A stretch of DNA of 64,000 nucleotides from Vulcanimicrobiota bacterium (GTDB taxonomy: Bacteria > Vulcanimicrobiota > Vulcanimicrobiia > Vulcanimicrobiales > Vulcanimicrobiaceae): contig CAWGBN010000003.1 of NCBI GenBank assembly GCA_963820825.1, forward strand, positions 60,876 through 124,875, in the 5' to 3' direction. The translations under genes and the position numbers were made by a program. Each line of letters begins with the position of its first letter. Position 1 is the stretch's first letter. This document shows, in pieces, positions 47,501 through 61,800 of the stretch. Below the pieces are notes generated by a model that searched no databases, was not told the DNA's origin, and saw nothing but the letters and a program-made list of their open reading frames with translations.

Positions 47501-49474
47501 GCTAAGCCGGCCTGCCTAACAGACTTTACGGCCAGTCCGCCCCATGGTTCTCAAAAGGCGCTACGCATCCCACGCGAGATGACCTCGGACCTCGCCTTTT
47601 TCCTTGGAGCCTACGCGGCCGAAGGGCACACCTCGCGCTCCACATACACCGTCGTAGTCACAAACGCTCTAGACACCGTTCTCCGCCGAGTAGCCGACGC
47701 CGCGCGAGCCGTATTCGGCATCGAAGGCAAGATCGTTCGGCAGCCCGACAAATGCCCCGGCATCGCGTTTAGCTCGAAGACGCTCGTGGAGTTTCTAGAA
47801 CACCTCGGTTGTGGATCGCGCGCGAGCAAGAAGCGCATTCCGAATGCCGTGCTCGCTTCACCGCGAGAACACGTACTTACATTTCTGAGCGGCCTCTTTC
47901 TCGACGCATACGTTACCGCTGGGGAAAGCAGCAAGTGGGCCCTTTGCCTCGACTCGGCGCCATTGCTGGACGATCTCCAAGCCATTCTTACGAATCTCGG
48001 CATCGTCCACAGCCGGATTGAAAAATACAACAAACAAAACGGCAAATCGTACGGAGAGGTCTACGCCGGCGGACGGCAGGCACAGAAGCTCCTGACGCAA
48101 GTACAGTTCCCTGAGCCAGTCAAGCTGGCGCGCGAGTGGGCGCTGCTTACAAAATCGTTCGGTCAAAGCACGGCTGACGTTATTCCGGGACTAACGGGCC
48201 GGCAGCTCTACGGAATGATTCCAAAAGCACATGGCGGACGTCGACCTCAAGGAACGAGAATCCGCGGGAATCACGCCTACCTCTTGGATCCCAGAACGAA
48301 AAACGTATCTTGGGAGACACTTCGCAAGCTCAGCAATTTGGTCGAGCTGCCGTCCTGGCTGGACGAAATCATCAACCGGAACCTTCACTTTAGCCCCGTT
48401 GAGCGCGTGGCCGATGCCGGTCGGCAAATCGTCTACGACATTTCGGTCCCGGTTACGCACGCATTCGTCGGCAACGGAATCGTCAATCACAATACGATCA
48501 ACCTCCCGCAGACGGCGACAATCGGCGACGTCAAGGAAGCGTATCGTTATTCGTGGGAGCGGATGATCAAGGCGGTTGCGCTCTATCGTGACGGCTCGAA
48601 GCTGTCGCAGCCACTAGCAGCCAGTTACGATCTCGGCGGCGATTCGGCCGACGAAGAGGCGGCAACCCAACTTCAACCCTACACCACGCCGATGCAGATC
48701 GCGGAGAAGATCGTCTATCGCTACATCGCCAAACGGCGGCCGATGCCGCAGCGGCGTAGCGGCTATACGCAGAAGGCAACGATTGCCGGGCACAAGGTCT
48801 ACTTGCGCACCGGCGAATATGAGGGCGGTCAGCTCGGCGAGATCTTCATCGACATGCATAAGGAGGGCGCGGCCTTCCGCTCGTTGATGAACAACTTCGC
48901 GATCGCCATCTCCCTCGGCTTGCAGCACGGCGTCCCGCTCGAGGAGTTCGTCGAGGCCTTCACCTTCACGCGCTTCGAGCCGAACGGCCCGGTCGTCGGC
49001 CACGATCACATCAAGATGGCGACCTCGATTCTCGACTACATCTTCCGCGAACTCGCGGTGAGCTATCTCGGCCGATACGATCTCGCGCACGTGCAGCCGT
49101 CGATGCAAATGGATGCGATGGGCCCCGAGGCGCAAGAGGAGTACATCGCCGAGGAAGAGGCCGGCGTGCAAATGCGCCCTGCCGGCATAGCCGAAAGGCT
49201 GCATCCCGTCAGCTCGCATCTGCGCCCGGGCCAAGAACCGCCGCAAGGCTCGGCCGCCGCGACCGCGCCTGCCGGCGATCCCCTGCCCCGGCTCGCAACG
49301 AGCAACGGCGGCGGAGCCGCGGTCGCGACGCTTGCCCGAACCGAAGCGATCAACGCCTCGAAGGCTAAGGGCTACACCGGCAACGCCTGCTCCGAATGCG
49401 GTCAGCTGACCATGGTTCGCAACGGCGCCTGCGAGAAGTGTGATTCCTGCGGAGCGACCTCGGGCTGTAGTTAA
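44537..49474 (+). CDS. nrdJ: Class II (B12-dependent) ribonucleotide reductase with intein
   Basis: [45 protein letters not shown]-terminal zinc ribbon ending GCS. Confidence 0.96.
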   Translation: MKFSRTYSAPGDPYAGVTFEPRSSRIVNPDGSVIFEAKEVFVPTGWSQVAVDVLAQKYCRKAGVPKATARVAEEDVPEWLQRSVADGPALDALSRDDQFGAERDSRQVFNRLAGCWTYWGWKRGYFDSEKDAQIYYDEMRAMLARQIGAPNSPQWFNTGLHWAYGISGPAQGHWYVEAADGIAKPSPDTFTFPQVSACYILGIEDDLVNEGGIFDGVIREARIFKGGSGSGANFSKLRAAGEKLTGGGTSSGLMSFLKVFDRAAGAIKSGGTTRRAAKMVVLNADHPDIEEFVTWKVREERKVADLVIGSRVFEKQLNAIISAAHDTRVPEAARLDPALNASLRYAIRDAVAAGVPSGAAQSALDYARQGYTRIEVEQYDTAWDSEAYITVSGQNSNNSVRLTNGFFAALDRDDDWLLTARTTGDVVKRIKARDLWEQIGVAAWQSADPGLQFDDTIQEWHTCSNDERINATNPCSEYVFVDDTACNLASVNLVKFLNTDGNFDAKRFAEAARIWTTTLEISVAMGQMPSKRIAEKNHGYRTLGLGYANLGTLLMRMGLPYDSEESFGWCGAINALLTGMAYRTSAEMAQKLGAFARFEPNREPMLRVIRNHRRAAYAADPTEYEGLTVKPVTHTPTLFTQQTWALARKAWDDALSIGEVAGFRNAQVTVTAPTGTIGLVMDCDTTGIEPDFALVKFKKLAGGGYFKIVNQSVEAALQKLGYSQEQIDAIETYAKGTGTLEEAPHVNRATLKAKGFDDEAIARVESALPSAFELPFVFNKFVLGDDFCKEKLGLTEEQLNDWSFSLLRDGLGFSTRQIEEASAHICGRMTVEGAPYLNDEHLAVFDCATPCGKYGTRYIRPLAHVDMMAAAQPWVSGAISKCVTGDTLLTTENGLIRIGSLHRSEADDEFRSHEMAVASLGGNRSTDAFYYGGERDVREVQLRSGHRIVGTPNHRVLVCSDAGLQWRCLSEIEPGEHVAVQYGDEMWSAKPACLTDFTASPPHGSQKALRIPREMTSDLAFFLGAYAAEGHTSRSTYTVVVTNALDTVLRRVADAARAVFGIEGKIVRQPDKCPGIAFSSKTLVEFLEHLGCGSRASKKRIPNAVLASPREHVLTFLSGLFLDAYVTAGESSKWALCLDSAPLLDDLQAILTNLGIVHSRIEKYNKQNGKSYGEVYAGGRQAQKLLTQVQFPEPVKLAREWALLTKSFGQSTADVIPGLTGRQLYGMIPKAHGGRRPQGTRIRGNHAYLLDPRTKNVSWETLRKLSNLVELPSWLDEIINRNLHFSPVERVADAGRQIVYDISVPVTHAFVGNGIVNHNTINLPQTATIGDVKEAYRYSWERMIKAVALYRDGSKLSQPLAASYDLGGDSADEEAATQLQPYTTPMQIAEKIVYRYIAKRRPMPQRRSGYTQKATIAGHKVYLRTGEYEGGQLGEIFIDMHKEGAAFRSLMNNFAIAISLGLQHGVPLEEFVEAFTFTRFEPNGPVVGHDHIKMATSILDYIFRELAVSYLGRYDLAHVQPSMQMDAMGPEAQEEYIAEEEAGVQMRPAGIAERLHPVSSHLRPGQEPPQGSAAATAPAGDPLPRLATSNGGGAAVATLARTEAINASKAKGYTGNACSECGQLTMVRNGACEKCDSCGATSGCS
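47180..48493 (+). mobile_element. Intein with LAGLIDADG homing endonuclease domain (438 aa)
   Basis: Interrupts GAISK|TINLP; starts CVTGDT, block [13 protein letters not shown] and LSGLFLDAY, ends [18 protein letters not shown], +1 Thr. Confidence 0.95.
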
Positions 49475-49506
49475 GAACGTACCCGCGGGACGGATAACAC
49501 AAGAAA

Positions 49507-49535
49507 GACGGCGCATAAACGCGCCGTCCTTTTTG
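49507..49535 (+). terminator. Intrinsic terminator after nrdJ
   Basis: GACGGCGC-ATAAAC-GCGCCGTC followed by CTTTTTG. Confidence 0.85.
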
Positions 49536-49584
49536 TTAGACGCAAAAGTGAAAGCTCGGCTGGCTAAGAATATCACCGTTTCCT

Positions 49585-50007
49585 ATGAACCCTAAGTCGA
49601 CTGGAAAGGAATCCGAGCCCAGAGTACCCGCCGATCTTCGGGCGGCGCTTGCGGCTGCGCCAAGGGCAAAAGCCCAATGGAGCGATCTCACGCCCATCGC
49701 GCGAAGGGATTACGTTAGCTGGATCGATGGCGCCAAACAGGTAGAGACGCGCAGGCGCCGGGTTGAGAGAACCTGCGATATGCTCGCCAAGGGAAAGCGA
49801 CGCCCCTGCTGTTTTTCGGTCGTACCGCTGGATCTTTACAAAGCCCTCAAGGCCGCACCGAAAGCGAAGGCCGAATGGAGCGACCTGACGCCGACCGCGC
49901 GTAGAGACTTCATTACCTGGATGGACGAGGCCAAACGACCAGAGACACGCAAACGCCGCATCGACAGCGCCTGCACCATGATTGCGGCCGGAAAGCGGCG
50001 CCCTTGA
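49585..50007 (+). CDS. YdeI/OmpD-associated family protein with two tandem domains
   Basis: WSDLTP.ARRD..W.D.AK..ETR.RR twice. Confidence 0.85.
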   Translation: MNPKSTGKESEPRVPADLRAALAAAPRAKAQWSDLTPIARRDYVSWIDGAKQVETRRRRVERTCDMLAKGKRRPCCFSVVPLDLYKALKAAPKAKAEWSDLTPTARRDFITWMDEAKRPETRKRRIDSACTMIAAGKRRP

Positions 50008-50831
50008 CGTTTTTCAAGCCGGCCGGTCTTTGTCTCGTTCTTGCGATCCTCGCCACGGCTGCCCACGCAGTTGCGAGTCCCCAGGTCATGGTCGTTGGCG
50101 TCGCGCATCTCGTGGCAAGGAAGGACATCCACAATAGCACGTTCGCCGACAGCCCGCTCTCGCCGAAGCGTCAGCTCCAGATAACCGAGGTTGTCGAGAG
50201 GCTCGCGCAGTTCCACCCGACCAAAGTGCTCGTTGAGGCACAGGCCGGAGACGCGACGATCGTCCAACGCTATCAGGCGTATCTTGCCGGAGACTTCGTT
50301 CTCCCGGCAAACGAAGTCTATCAGTTCGGATTCAGGCTGGCGAAAGCGGCTGGCAATCCATCGATCTATCCAATCGACACCTGGGGTCCGAGCATCGTCG
50401 ACGACAAAACGGTCGCCGGAAAGCGGATCGACGATTACCTGGAAGGCAACGTGCCAAAAGTAGACGACCCCGTGACGGACGAGTTCTTGGAGCGGCAGAA
50501 CGCGATCGAACAGAACGGCACCTACCTCGACCTCTTGCGCTACCTCAACACCAAAGCAGCGATCGAAGCCAACGCCTCCTGGTACGCGATCGCCGCCGGC
50601 ATCGGCAAGGACCGCGACAACGCGGGTGCCGAGTACGTGTCCCAGTGGTATACGCGCAACGTTTATATCTTCGCCAATATCTTGGACCTCGTCGCACCAT
50701 CCGACCGCGCCGTCGTGATCATGGGACAGGGACACGCGTACCTCTTGCGCGAGTTCGTACGGCTGAATCCCGAGTTGACGTTCGTCGACCCGCTCAAATA
50801 CCTCGCGTCGCCGAGCCGGATGGCGCTCTAA
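50004..50831 (+). CDS. DUF5694-like secreted protein
   Basis: [39 protein letters not shown]. Confidence 0.7.
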   Translation: MTFFKPAGLCLVLAILATAAHAVASPQVMVVGVAHLVARKDIHNSTFADSPLSPKRQLQITEVVERLAQFHPTKVLVEAQAGDATIVQRYQAYLAGDFVLPANEVYQFGFRLAKAAGNPSIYPIDTWGPSIVDDKTVAGKRIDDYLEGNVPKVDDPVTDEFLERQNAIEQNGTYLDLLRYLNTKAAIEANASWYAIAAGIGKDRDNAGAEYVSQWYTRNVYIFANILDLVAPSDRAVVIMGQGHAYLLREFVRLNPELTFVDPLKYLASPSRMAL

Positions 50832-50833
50832 GG

Positions 50834-52300
50834 ATGCGGTTTAAGCTTCGCCTGCGAACACGTGCTCTCGCTGCCATCTCGCTCGTCGCCGCACTAGCCC
50901 TCGCGCCGGGCCAATCGCCGGGTGCTGCCGCCGCCCCGACCCCCGCCGTTTCGGACGACATCCACAAGATCCAGCACGTCATTATCGTCATGCAGGAGAA
51001 CCGCTCGTTCGATAGTTACTTTGGCACGTTTCCCGGGGCCGATGGCATTCCGATGCGAGACGGGATCCCGCAAGTCTGCGTCCCCGACCCGGTTACGAAA
51101 ACGTGCGTGCAACCATACCACGATACGAACGACGAGAATGCCGGGGGGCCGCACAGCAACTGGGCGGGCGAGACTGACATCGACCGCGGAAAGATGGACG
51201 GATTCATTCGCGTCATGCGCGAGTCGCATTCGACCGGCGGCTGCCCGACCGATATTCCCACCTGTGCCGTCAAGGGGCACGAACGCAGCGTGATGGGCTA
51301 TCACACCGAACAGGAGCTCCCGAACTATTGGGCCTACGCACGCAACTTCGTCTTACAAGACCGCATGTTCGAACCCGTCCGCTCGTGGAGCCTTCCGGCG
51401 CATTTGTACATGGTCTCGGAGTGGGCGGCGACGTGCGCGAAGATCGGCGATCCGTCGAGCTGTGCCCCGGAGAAGGTCTACATCCATCCGCGTGACTTCC
51501 CGCGCGATCTCTTCGACAAAGACTCCCCGCAGGTTCCCGGACGCCCCGACTATCCGTGGACGGATCTGACCTACCTTCTGCACGCCAACGGCGTCTCGTG
51601 GGCCTACTACGTAATGGACGGCTTCGAGCCGGACTGTATCAACGATCAGAGCAGTTGTGCGCTAAAACCGCAGAGCGCACGAGCGCCCGGCATCTGGAAC
51701 CTCTTGCCGTCGTTTACCGACGTCAAAGAAGACGGTCAGCTCGGCAACATCAAAGATACGAGCCTCTTCTTTCGCGATATTCGTGACGGCAAGCTGCCGT
51801 CAGTCGTGTGGCTGGCCCCGGGAAATCGCTACAGCGAGCATCCTCCGGGACGCCTGAGCGCCGGTCAAGCCTACGTTACCGGCGTCATCAATGCGGTGAT
51901 GCAGAGTCCCTATTGGAACTCGACGGCGATCTTCTTGAGCTGGGACGACTGGGGCGGCTTCTACGACCACGTCGCCCCGCCGAACGTCAACTTCTTCGGC
52001 TACGGGCTGCGAGTGCCGGGCCTCGTGATCAGCGCCTACGCGCGTCAAGGGTACGTCGACCACCGGACGCTCAGCCACGATGCGTACGTGAAGTTCATCG
52101 AGGACGACTTTCTCGCCGGCCGCCGTCTCGACCCGAAGACCGACGGCCGCCCCGATCCGCGCACGAACGTCGCCGAGAGCGAGCCGGTTCTCGGAGATCT
52201 CCGCAACGATTTTGACTTTACCCGGCCGCCGCGCCCGCCGTTGATCTTACCGGGTGGTATCGAAGGACCCTATAAGCCGGGCTACACTGGACCGCCCTAG
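50834..52300 (+). CDS. Phosphoesterase/phospholipase C family secreted protein (copy 7)
   Basis: [42 protein letters not shown]; no lipobox. Confidence 0.9.
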   Translation: MRFKLRLRTRALAAISLVAALALAPGQSPGAAAAPTPAVSDDIHKIQHVIIVMQENRSFDSYFGTFPGADGIPMRDGIPQVCVPDPVTKTCVQPYHDTNDENAGGPHSNWAGETDIDRGKMDGFIRVMRESHSTGGCPTDIPTCAVKGHERSVMGYHTEQELPNYWAYARNFVLQDRMFEPVRSWSLPAHLYMVSEWAATCAKIGDPSSCAPEKVYIHPRDFPRDLFDKDSPQVPGRPDYPWTDLTYLLHANGVSWAYYVMDGFEPDCINDQSSCALKPQSARAPGIWNLLPSFTDVKEDGQLGNIKDTSLFFRDIRDGKLPSVVWLAPGNRYSEHPPGRLSAGQAYVTGVINAVMQSPYWNSTAIFLSWDDWGGFYDHVAPPNVNFFGYGLRVPGLVISAYARQGYVDHRTLSHDAYVKFIEDDFLAGRRLDPKTDGRPDPRTNVAESEPVLGDLRNDFDFTRPPRPPLILPGGIEGPYKPGYTGPP

Positions 52301-54210
52301 ACCACTTTGATGATCGCCATCATGCCTCGATCTTCATGAAAGAGCATATGGCAGTGGAAGACGAACGTGCCGCGCGGCACGTGCCGGAAATCGAGCAGAA
52401 TCTTGGTGATGCGCGGCTTGACGAGCGGAAAGTTCGGGTCTTTGCGGTTCGGCAGCAGCGTCCCGATGGGCACGAAGACGGTATCGGCCATCAACGGCAC
52501 CCCCGGGACGGCGCGTTCCTGCACAAACGCCATCTGGTGGATGTGAAACGCGTGTGCCTCCATCGTCGTGTTGACCAAGTACCACTCTTCGATCGTTCCG
52601 CGTTTGACGACGATGTCGGCGTTCGAGGGAACCGCCGCACCGGCGGCATAGACCGGCCAGTACGGGTGTTCGTGAAAATGCGGATTGGTGATGTCGGTAA
52701 TGTAAAACGCCTGATGTACCGGTATTTTCCCTTTCTTCGGCAAAACGTACTCGGTGAAGCTGAGCGCCCGGCGGTGAACGAGCGACGGATTCGCGCGAGC
52801 AAAGGCAACGAGCCGTCCGGCGGGCGTGTCGGCGATCACTGCGGGTGCGGTCTGTACCGTGACGCTGGGAGTCTGCGCGCTGTCGCCCGCTTCGATCTTA
52901 ATCAGATCGTGGTGCATTTCGTAAAATCCGTCGACTCCGCCGCAATAATGCTCGGAGGAGAGCGTGAGCTTCTCGCCGGGCGTCAACGTGACCAAGATAT
53001 CGGCCCGCGACATCGAGGTAAGCATCAGTTCGTTGCTCGAAACGTAGGCGGAGAGCGGATGCGCGGAGTCGCCTGAGACCGGAATGCCGTCGAGCCCGAC
53101 GAGATGAATCGGCTGCACCGCACCGGACGCGTCGTGAAGCGCTAGCGCCGACGCGGTGTCCGACGTTCCGTTTAGGATCCGAAGCAGTTGGGGCGACCCG
53201 GCGGCCACGTGGAGCTTGACGGGCGTGTCGGAGCCGTTTGCCGCGACGTAAACCTCTGAGCCGCTGCCGTCGCAGCCGGTTGGGTCGAGCGATAGGCCGC
53301 CCGCGGCCATCGGAAACGCGAGCGGCCACGGCGGGGGCTTAAATGGATTGTAAGGCACCGGCGATGCGGGCATCAGCGATGCTTCGCGTGCGATCGCCGG
53401 CGCCCCGAAAGCACTTTCATCGGGCGCGAACGGATTGTCGTTCTTGAACGGTATTCGGTAGCGAAGCATAATCACGTGCTCATCGGCACGCGGCAGTTGC
53501 GGCTGGTCGGGCTCGACGATCCACACTCCATCCAGACCCGTAGCGACTTCGAGATCGGACGCCCCGTGCGCGTGCGGATGATACACGTAGGTTCCGGCCG
53601 GCTGCGTCGCTGGAATCGTGATGTGATACTCGCAAGCGTGCATCGGCGTGCTGAGCGTCGACAGAAAGATGTTCTCCTCCGAGGCCGGACCTTCGTAGCC
53701 GTGCAGATGAAGGTTCGTGTCGGTTGACCCCGGCGGCATATAGCGGTCGTCGATGGTGTGATTCAGGTATCCGACGAAATGATTTGTCGTCGGCATCGGC
53801 ATCGACATCGGCATGCACGGCGGAAGCGTAGTCGATGCAACGTGCGCGCCTTTGCTCGGACCGCCGATTTCGTTGACGATCCGGATTGCAAAGTGCTCTC
53901 CGCGCCGAACTCGAATCGTCGGCGCCTGCGTCTGCGCGACGCCGTTGAGAACGTACTTGTAGCAGTACCGCTGACTATCGCCTTTGCCGTCGGTACGAGC
54001 CGAAAGGACGAGCTCGTGCTCGCCGCTCGCGTTGACTGGGAGTTTCCACACCTCGACGTCGGGCGGCTCGACGAGTTCGCTCGGTCCTCCGTAGGCTCCG
54101 CAGACGAAAGCGTGCGGCGCAGCGGCCGGTACCAGGCCGGCGGCCGGAGCCCGGCCGATGCATGCGAGCACAACGGCCAAACCCAGCCAAGAGAGAAGTC
54201 GGCTCTTCAT
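52297..54210 (-). CDS. Multicopper oxidase
   Basis: [32 protein letters not shown]. Confidence 0.93.
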   Translation of the reverse strand: MKSRLLSWLGLAVVLACIGRAPAAGLVPAAAPHAFVCGAYGGPSELVEPPDVEVWKLPVNASGEHELVLSARTDGKGDSQRYCYKYVLNGVAQTQAPTIRVRRGEHFAIRIVNEIGGPSKGAHVASTTLPPCMPMSMPMPTTNHFVGYLNHTIDDRYMPPGSTDTNLHLHGYEGPASEENIFLSTLSTPMHACEYHITIPATQPAGTYVYHPHAHGASDLEVATGLDGVWIVEPDQPQLPRADEHVIMLRYRIPFKNDNPFAPDESAFGAPAIAREASLMPASPVPYNPFKPPPWPLAFPMAAGGLSLDPTGCDGSGSEVYVAANGSDTPVKLHVAAGSPQLLRILNGTSDTASALALHDASGAVQPIHLVGLDGIPVSGDSAHPLSAYVSSNELMLTSMSRADILVTLTPGEKLTLSSEHYCGGVDGFYEMHHDLIKIEAGDSAQTPSVTVQTAPAVIADTPAGRLVAFARANPSLVHRRALSFTEYVLPKKGKIPVHQAFYITDITNPHFHEHPYWPVYAAGAAVPSNADIVVKRGTIEEWYLVNTTMEAHAFHIHQMAFVQERAVPGVPLMADTVFVPIGTLLPNRKDPNFPLVKPRITKILLDFRHVPRGTFVFHCHMLFHEDRGMMAIIKVV

Positions 54211-54273
54211 ACCGGGCAGCCGGTTCGCCGCCTGCCCGGCGGAGTCCTCAGCTCGACTTAGAACACGCTTAAT

Positions 54274-55104
54274 ATGCGCATGGTAGCTTTGCTGCTGGCG
54301 ACGGTTGCCGTTTTGCCGATCTGCGCCGCCGCGCAGACACCGGCGCCGGCCCCGGCAGCGATCTCATTCGAGGGAATAACGCTCGGCGAACCCATGGCGG
54401 GCCTAAAACCGCGGATCGGAGATCCGGTGCGAGTCGTCCAGGCGGGCCATTCCGTGATCTGGCGCTATCTCCAGGGTAACGGCGGCATCTACCTCGACGT
54501 GCTCGTCAGGAACGACGCGGCGTACTCGGTAACGGTCGTGCAGCGATTTCAGGGCGTTGCGTATACCGATCCGAACGGCATTTCGTTCGGGATGAGCGCC
54601 GACCAGGTGCGCGCCAGACTCGGACCGCCGACGAGGACGTCGACGAATGCCGACGACGGTTCGGTCGATCTTTGGTATCGAGTGGGCGAATACGCCTGGA
54701 TCTACGAGCTCTACTCGGACAGACTCGGGTTCATCCAGCTCGTCGCCTCGCGAAGCGTTCAACAGGGCTTCGTGCCGGGTCCACCCACCGTTCCGAGCGC
54801 CGGAACCTCGCTCGACAGCGCGATCTGGATTCGTCCCTCGAGCCCACTGGCGAATGCGACGTGGATCGACACATACTTGGCGATGAACTCGTGCGGCAAC
54901 AACGGACACTGGACGCAAACGTCGTCGAATCTCAAACCCGACACCGCCAAGAACGACCCGGTAACATATATGGTCGTCCGCGCCCGGTGCACCGACGGAG
55001 GCGCCGAGCGCGACTTTTACTTTGACACGCGCGGCGCGTCGCCGGCGCCCTCACCGCAAGCATCGCCTCCACGCAGGGTTTTCGCATCCGCGGACCCGAT
55101 ATGA
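54274..55104 (+). CDS. Hypothetical secreted protein with a duplicated small domain
   Basis: Signal peptide; GITLGEP..RIGDP and GISFGMS..RLGPP. Confidence 0.7.
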   Translation: MRMVALLLATVAVLPICAAAQTPAPAPAAISFEGITLGEPMAGLKPRIGDPVRVVQAGHSVIWRYLQGNGGIYLDVLVRNDAAYSVTVVQRFQGVAYTDPNGISFGMSADQVRARLGPPTRTSTNADDGSVDLWYRVGEYAWIYELYSDRLGFIQLVASRSVQQGFVPGPPTVPSAGTSLDSAIWIRPSSPLANATWIDTYLAMNSCGNNGHWTQTSSNLKPDTAKNDPVTYMVVRARCTDGGAERDFYFDTRGASPAPSPQASPPRRVFASADPI

Positions 55105-55108
55105 AGGC

Positions 55109-58210
<3,102 letters not shown>

Positions 58211-58241
58211 ACACCCTTACCGTCTAGGAGGTTTGAGTCCC

Positions 58242-58898
58242 ATGCATTTTCTACGTCTCTCCCTACGCGCCGCGTGCGCGGTTGCAACCGCCGCGCTCTT
58301 GGCGGCCTGCGCGCAGCACAACGGCATGCTGCCGACAACGTCCTCGCCGCAGGGGCTCGCTGCGCAGGCGATGACGCTGCCCGATCTGCTTCCTCCGAAG
58401 TGCAAAGGCCAAAAGAGCACCAAAAAATACGCCTCGCTCACCGTTACGCTCTCCACCAAGGGCGGAAAGTTCTGCATCCCGGAATTCGGCGGATTCGGCG
58501 GCAACGTTACCTATCCGCCCGCGAATCCGTCGGTGAAGTTGGCGCTAATAAGCAGCACCAAGAATTACGACAAGATGCCGGAGCTCGGTCAAGGCACTGC
58601 GATGTTCTATCTTCAGCTCGCCATTTCGGGAGGGACCGCCTTCGGCGCAAAGGCTCCCGCGGGTGGCGGCCTCACGTCGAAGAGCATCGTTGCCGGCAAG
58701 CCATATACGGCCTACGGCCAGGCCGTTTTCGACGGCTTCCCGATCGACTTCGGTCCGTGTTACGCGACCGCCACAAAAGGCAAATACGGCGGCGTCATCG
58801 GCGGGATCGGAACGTTACTTGAAGGGGCGTCGATTCCGGGCAAAGCCAGCGGCGTGATCGAGGTCTATTCCGGACAGCAGACCGGCACGCAGTGCTAA
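58242..58898 (+). CDS. Hypothetical lipoprotein
   Basis: AGGAGG SD, LAAC lipobox, four Cys in the mature region. Confidence 0.75.
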   Translation: MHFLRLSLRAACAVATAALLAACAQHNGMLPTTSSPQGLAAQAMTLPDLLPPKCKGQKSTKKYASLTVTLSTKGGKFCIPEFGGFGGNVTYPPANPSVKLALISSTKNYDKMPELGQGTAMFYLQLAISGGTAFGAKAPAGGGLTSKSIVAGKPYTAYGQAVFDGFPIDFGPCYATATKGKYGGVIGGIGTLLEGASIPGKASGVIEVYSGQQTGTQC

Positions 58899-61800
58899 GC
58901 GACCGCGCCGGGTAGAACGATTCCGGCGAGATTGAGCGGATCGTAGGGCCCGAGATTCACGGGCTCGCGATCCGCGCCGGCACGCCGCACGGCTCGCAAC
59001 GCGTCGATCGCCTCGGGAAGCGCGAACTGTTCGCCGACGAATCCCGCAACGAAACGCCCGCCGCGAATTTCGCCGCGCGATTCCATTCGCCGGAAGATCG
59101 CGAGCAGATCCCGCCACGGCGGCGCGAGACTCTCTCGCGCGATGACGTCGCGGAAGACGACGCCCCACCGCGCGAGCAGACGACGCGCGAAGGCTTCACG
59201 ATCGACGCGCGCCGTCTCCGCCTGCAAGAGCGTCCAGCGACCGCTCGAGGCGCGCGGCCGCGCACGTAACCCCTTCTCACCTAACCGACGCTTCGGGTCG
59301 CTCAGCGACCGCAGCGCATCGAAGCCGTCGGCCGTCACCAATCCGGCGGCGACGAGTTGCCAGAGCGCCTCTTCGATCTCGCTCGGCAGACGTTTCGTCG
59401 CGCGAGCGATTTCGGCGAAGAACGGCGCGCGCATCAGCTCGATCTGTTCGAGAACCTCGAGCGCCGCGTGCGAAAGCGCGGCCGGGTCGCTCCGGCGCCG
59501 CGCGATCAGCTCGTCGGCGTTCGCGCGCAGAAAGAGCGCGATCGGCGCGAGGCGCGTCGGCCGCACGCGCGTCCGTTCCGGCGCGAAGCCCGGCTCGAGT
59601 GACGGATGCGGCGTCAGCCGGCCCCACATCACGTCGCCCGCGTAGCAGAGGCGGTCGAGCAGCTCGGGCCGGTACCCGGCGACGCGCGCCGGCAGAATCT
59701 GCGACTCCCAGGCGAACGCGGGGATCTCGATCCCTTCGAGCTGGCGAACGATCTGCAGCGTCCCGTCGATGCCGTGCAGTCGCGACGCCGCCGCGACGTG
59801 CTGCCAGCGCTGCAGGAACGCCGCGTACGCCGCGGCGGTGACGGGCTCGATCTCGCGCCGCAAGGTTCCGATCGTCAGGCGATGGATTCGCGCGAGCACG
59901 CGCCGGTTGCACCACTCCTCCTCCGCCGCCTTCGAATCGGTGAAACGTCCGCGTAAGACTTGCCCTTGTGCTTCGAGCCGAAGCAGCGCGGCTTCGATCG
60001 CGCCGGCATCGATGCGCAGCCGCTCGGCGAGCTGCGCGACGCTCTGCGGGCCGCTCGATTCGAGCCAGCCGCGCAGAATCTCGGTGACCGCAAGATCGCG
60101 CTCTTCGGATGCCACGCCGTACGCCGCCCGCGCGAGCTCGGCGCGCTCGGTACAGCTCCACAGCTCGTCACTCGACGTAGCTTGCCCGCAGCGGAGTCGA
60201 AGGGCCCGGCGATCCGCGACGAGTTCGTCGAACCACGCGCTCCAGGCCGCGACCGGCGGCAGTACGATCAACGATGTCAACGCATCGTGGAGCTCGTCGG
60301 CGTCGCGAACGACCGGCCACGATTCGGCGGCGACCTCGGCAATTGCCGCTCGATCGAGGACACCGGCGCCGTCGACGTCGTCGCGCAGCGTACGACGCAG
60401 CTGCACGGCGCGCGCGCGCCGCTCCTCGAGCGGTGCGTCGTCGAGATAGGCGTAGGGATTCGCGTTGAGGATCTCGTGGCAGAAGACCGACGGCTCGGGC
60501 GTATCGATTGCGACGGTGCGCATGGCACCAGTCTCAACCGAACGCAACACCTCGAGCAGTCCGTCGAGATCCATCGCTTCGCGAAGACAGTTGCCGATCG
60601 TCTCGCGCACCAAGACGTGATCCGGAATGCGAATCGGTCCGGTGAGATTCTCGGGACAGGCCGCTTGATCCGGGAAGACGGCTGCAAGCAGATCGTCGGC
60701 GCGCATCCGCAGAATCTGCGGCGGCACCTTGCGCCCGCCGCTGAAGCGCAAGATCGCGAGTGCTCGCGAGGCGTTCCAGCGCCAGCGAGCCGCGAACATC
60801 GGTGCCGGAAGGAGTGCCTGCGTCAGCGTCGTCTCGGCGCTCGGCGATTTCACGAACTCGAAGACGGCATCGAGCGGAAATGCGTGCTGATCGCTCAGCG
60901 AGAGGACGAAGCCGTTGTCGGTTGCGGCCGCCTGGAGCTCGAGATTGAAGGAACGGCAGAATTTCTTGCGCAGCGCGAGTCCCCACGCGCGGTTGATGCG
61001 CGCGCCAAACGGCGTGTGCAGAATCAACTGCATTCCTCCGCCTTCGTCGAAGAAACGCTCGGCAACGATCGTTCGATCGGTCGGCACGATGCCGAGCATC
61101 GCCTTTCCGGCCCGGACGTACGCCACTGCCTGTTCGGCGCCGGCGCGGTCGAGCGCGCACTGGGTCTCCAGCCATGCGTAGGCCGCCGCGTCATCGCGCT
61201 CGTCGATTGCGGTGCGCACCGCGCAGACCTCGCGCGAAAGCTCGATGGTGCGTCCGAGACCCTCGCCGTTCCAAAACGGAATCGACGGCGGCGCGCCGTG
61301 CGCGTCTTCGACGCGTACGACGCCGGCTTCGACGCGCCGGATCTTCCACGAGTTCGTGCCGAGCAGAAAGATGTCGCCGGCCATGCTCTCGATCGCGAAA
61401 TCCTCGTCGAGGGTGCCGATGACGTGCCCCTCGGGCTCGACGACGACGTTGTAGTTCGCGGTGTCGGGGATCGCGCCGCCGCAGGTAATCGCAGCGAGCC
61501 GCGCGCCACGCCGTGCGCGCAGGCGGCCGTTGACGCGATCGTAATGCAGGAACGTTCCACTGCGTCCGCGTGAGGTCGCGACGCCGTCGGCGAGCATCGT
61601 CACCACGTCGTCGAAGTCGCTGCGCGCGAGCTGCCGGTAGGGATAGGCCGACCGAATCAAATCGTAGAGCGCTTCTACCGGCCATTCGTGCTGCGCGCAG
61701 GCGGCCACGATCTGCTGCGCGAGAATGTCGAGCGGTGCCTCGGGGATCCGCAGCGCATCGAGACCGCCCGCGCGGATCGCGCGCACGAGCGCGCCGCACT

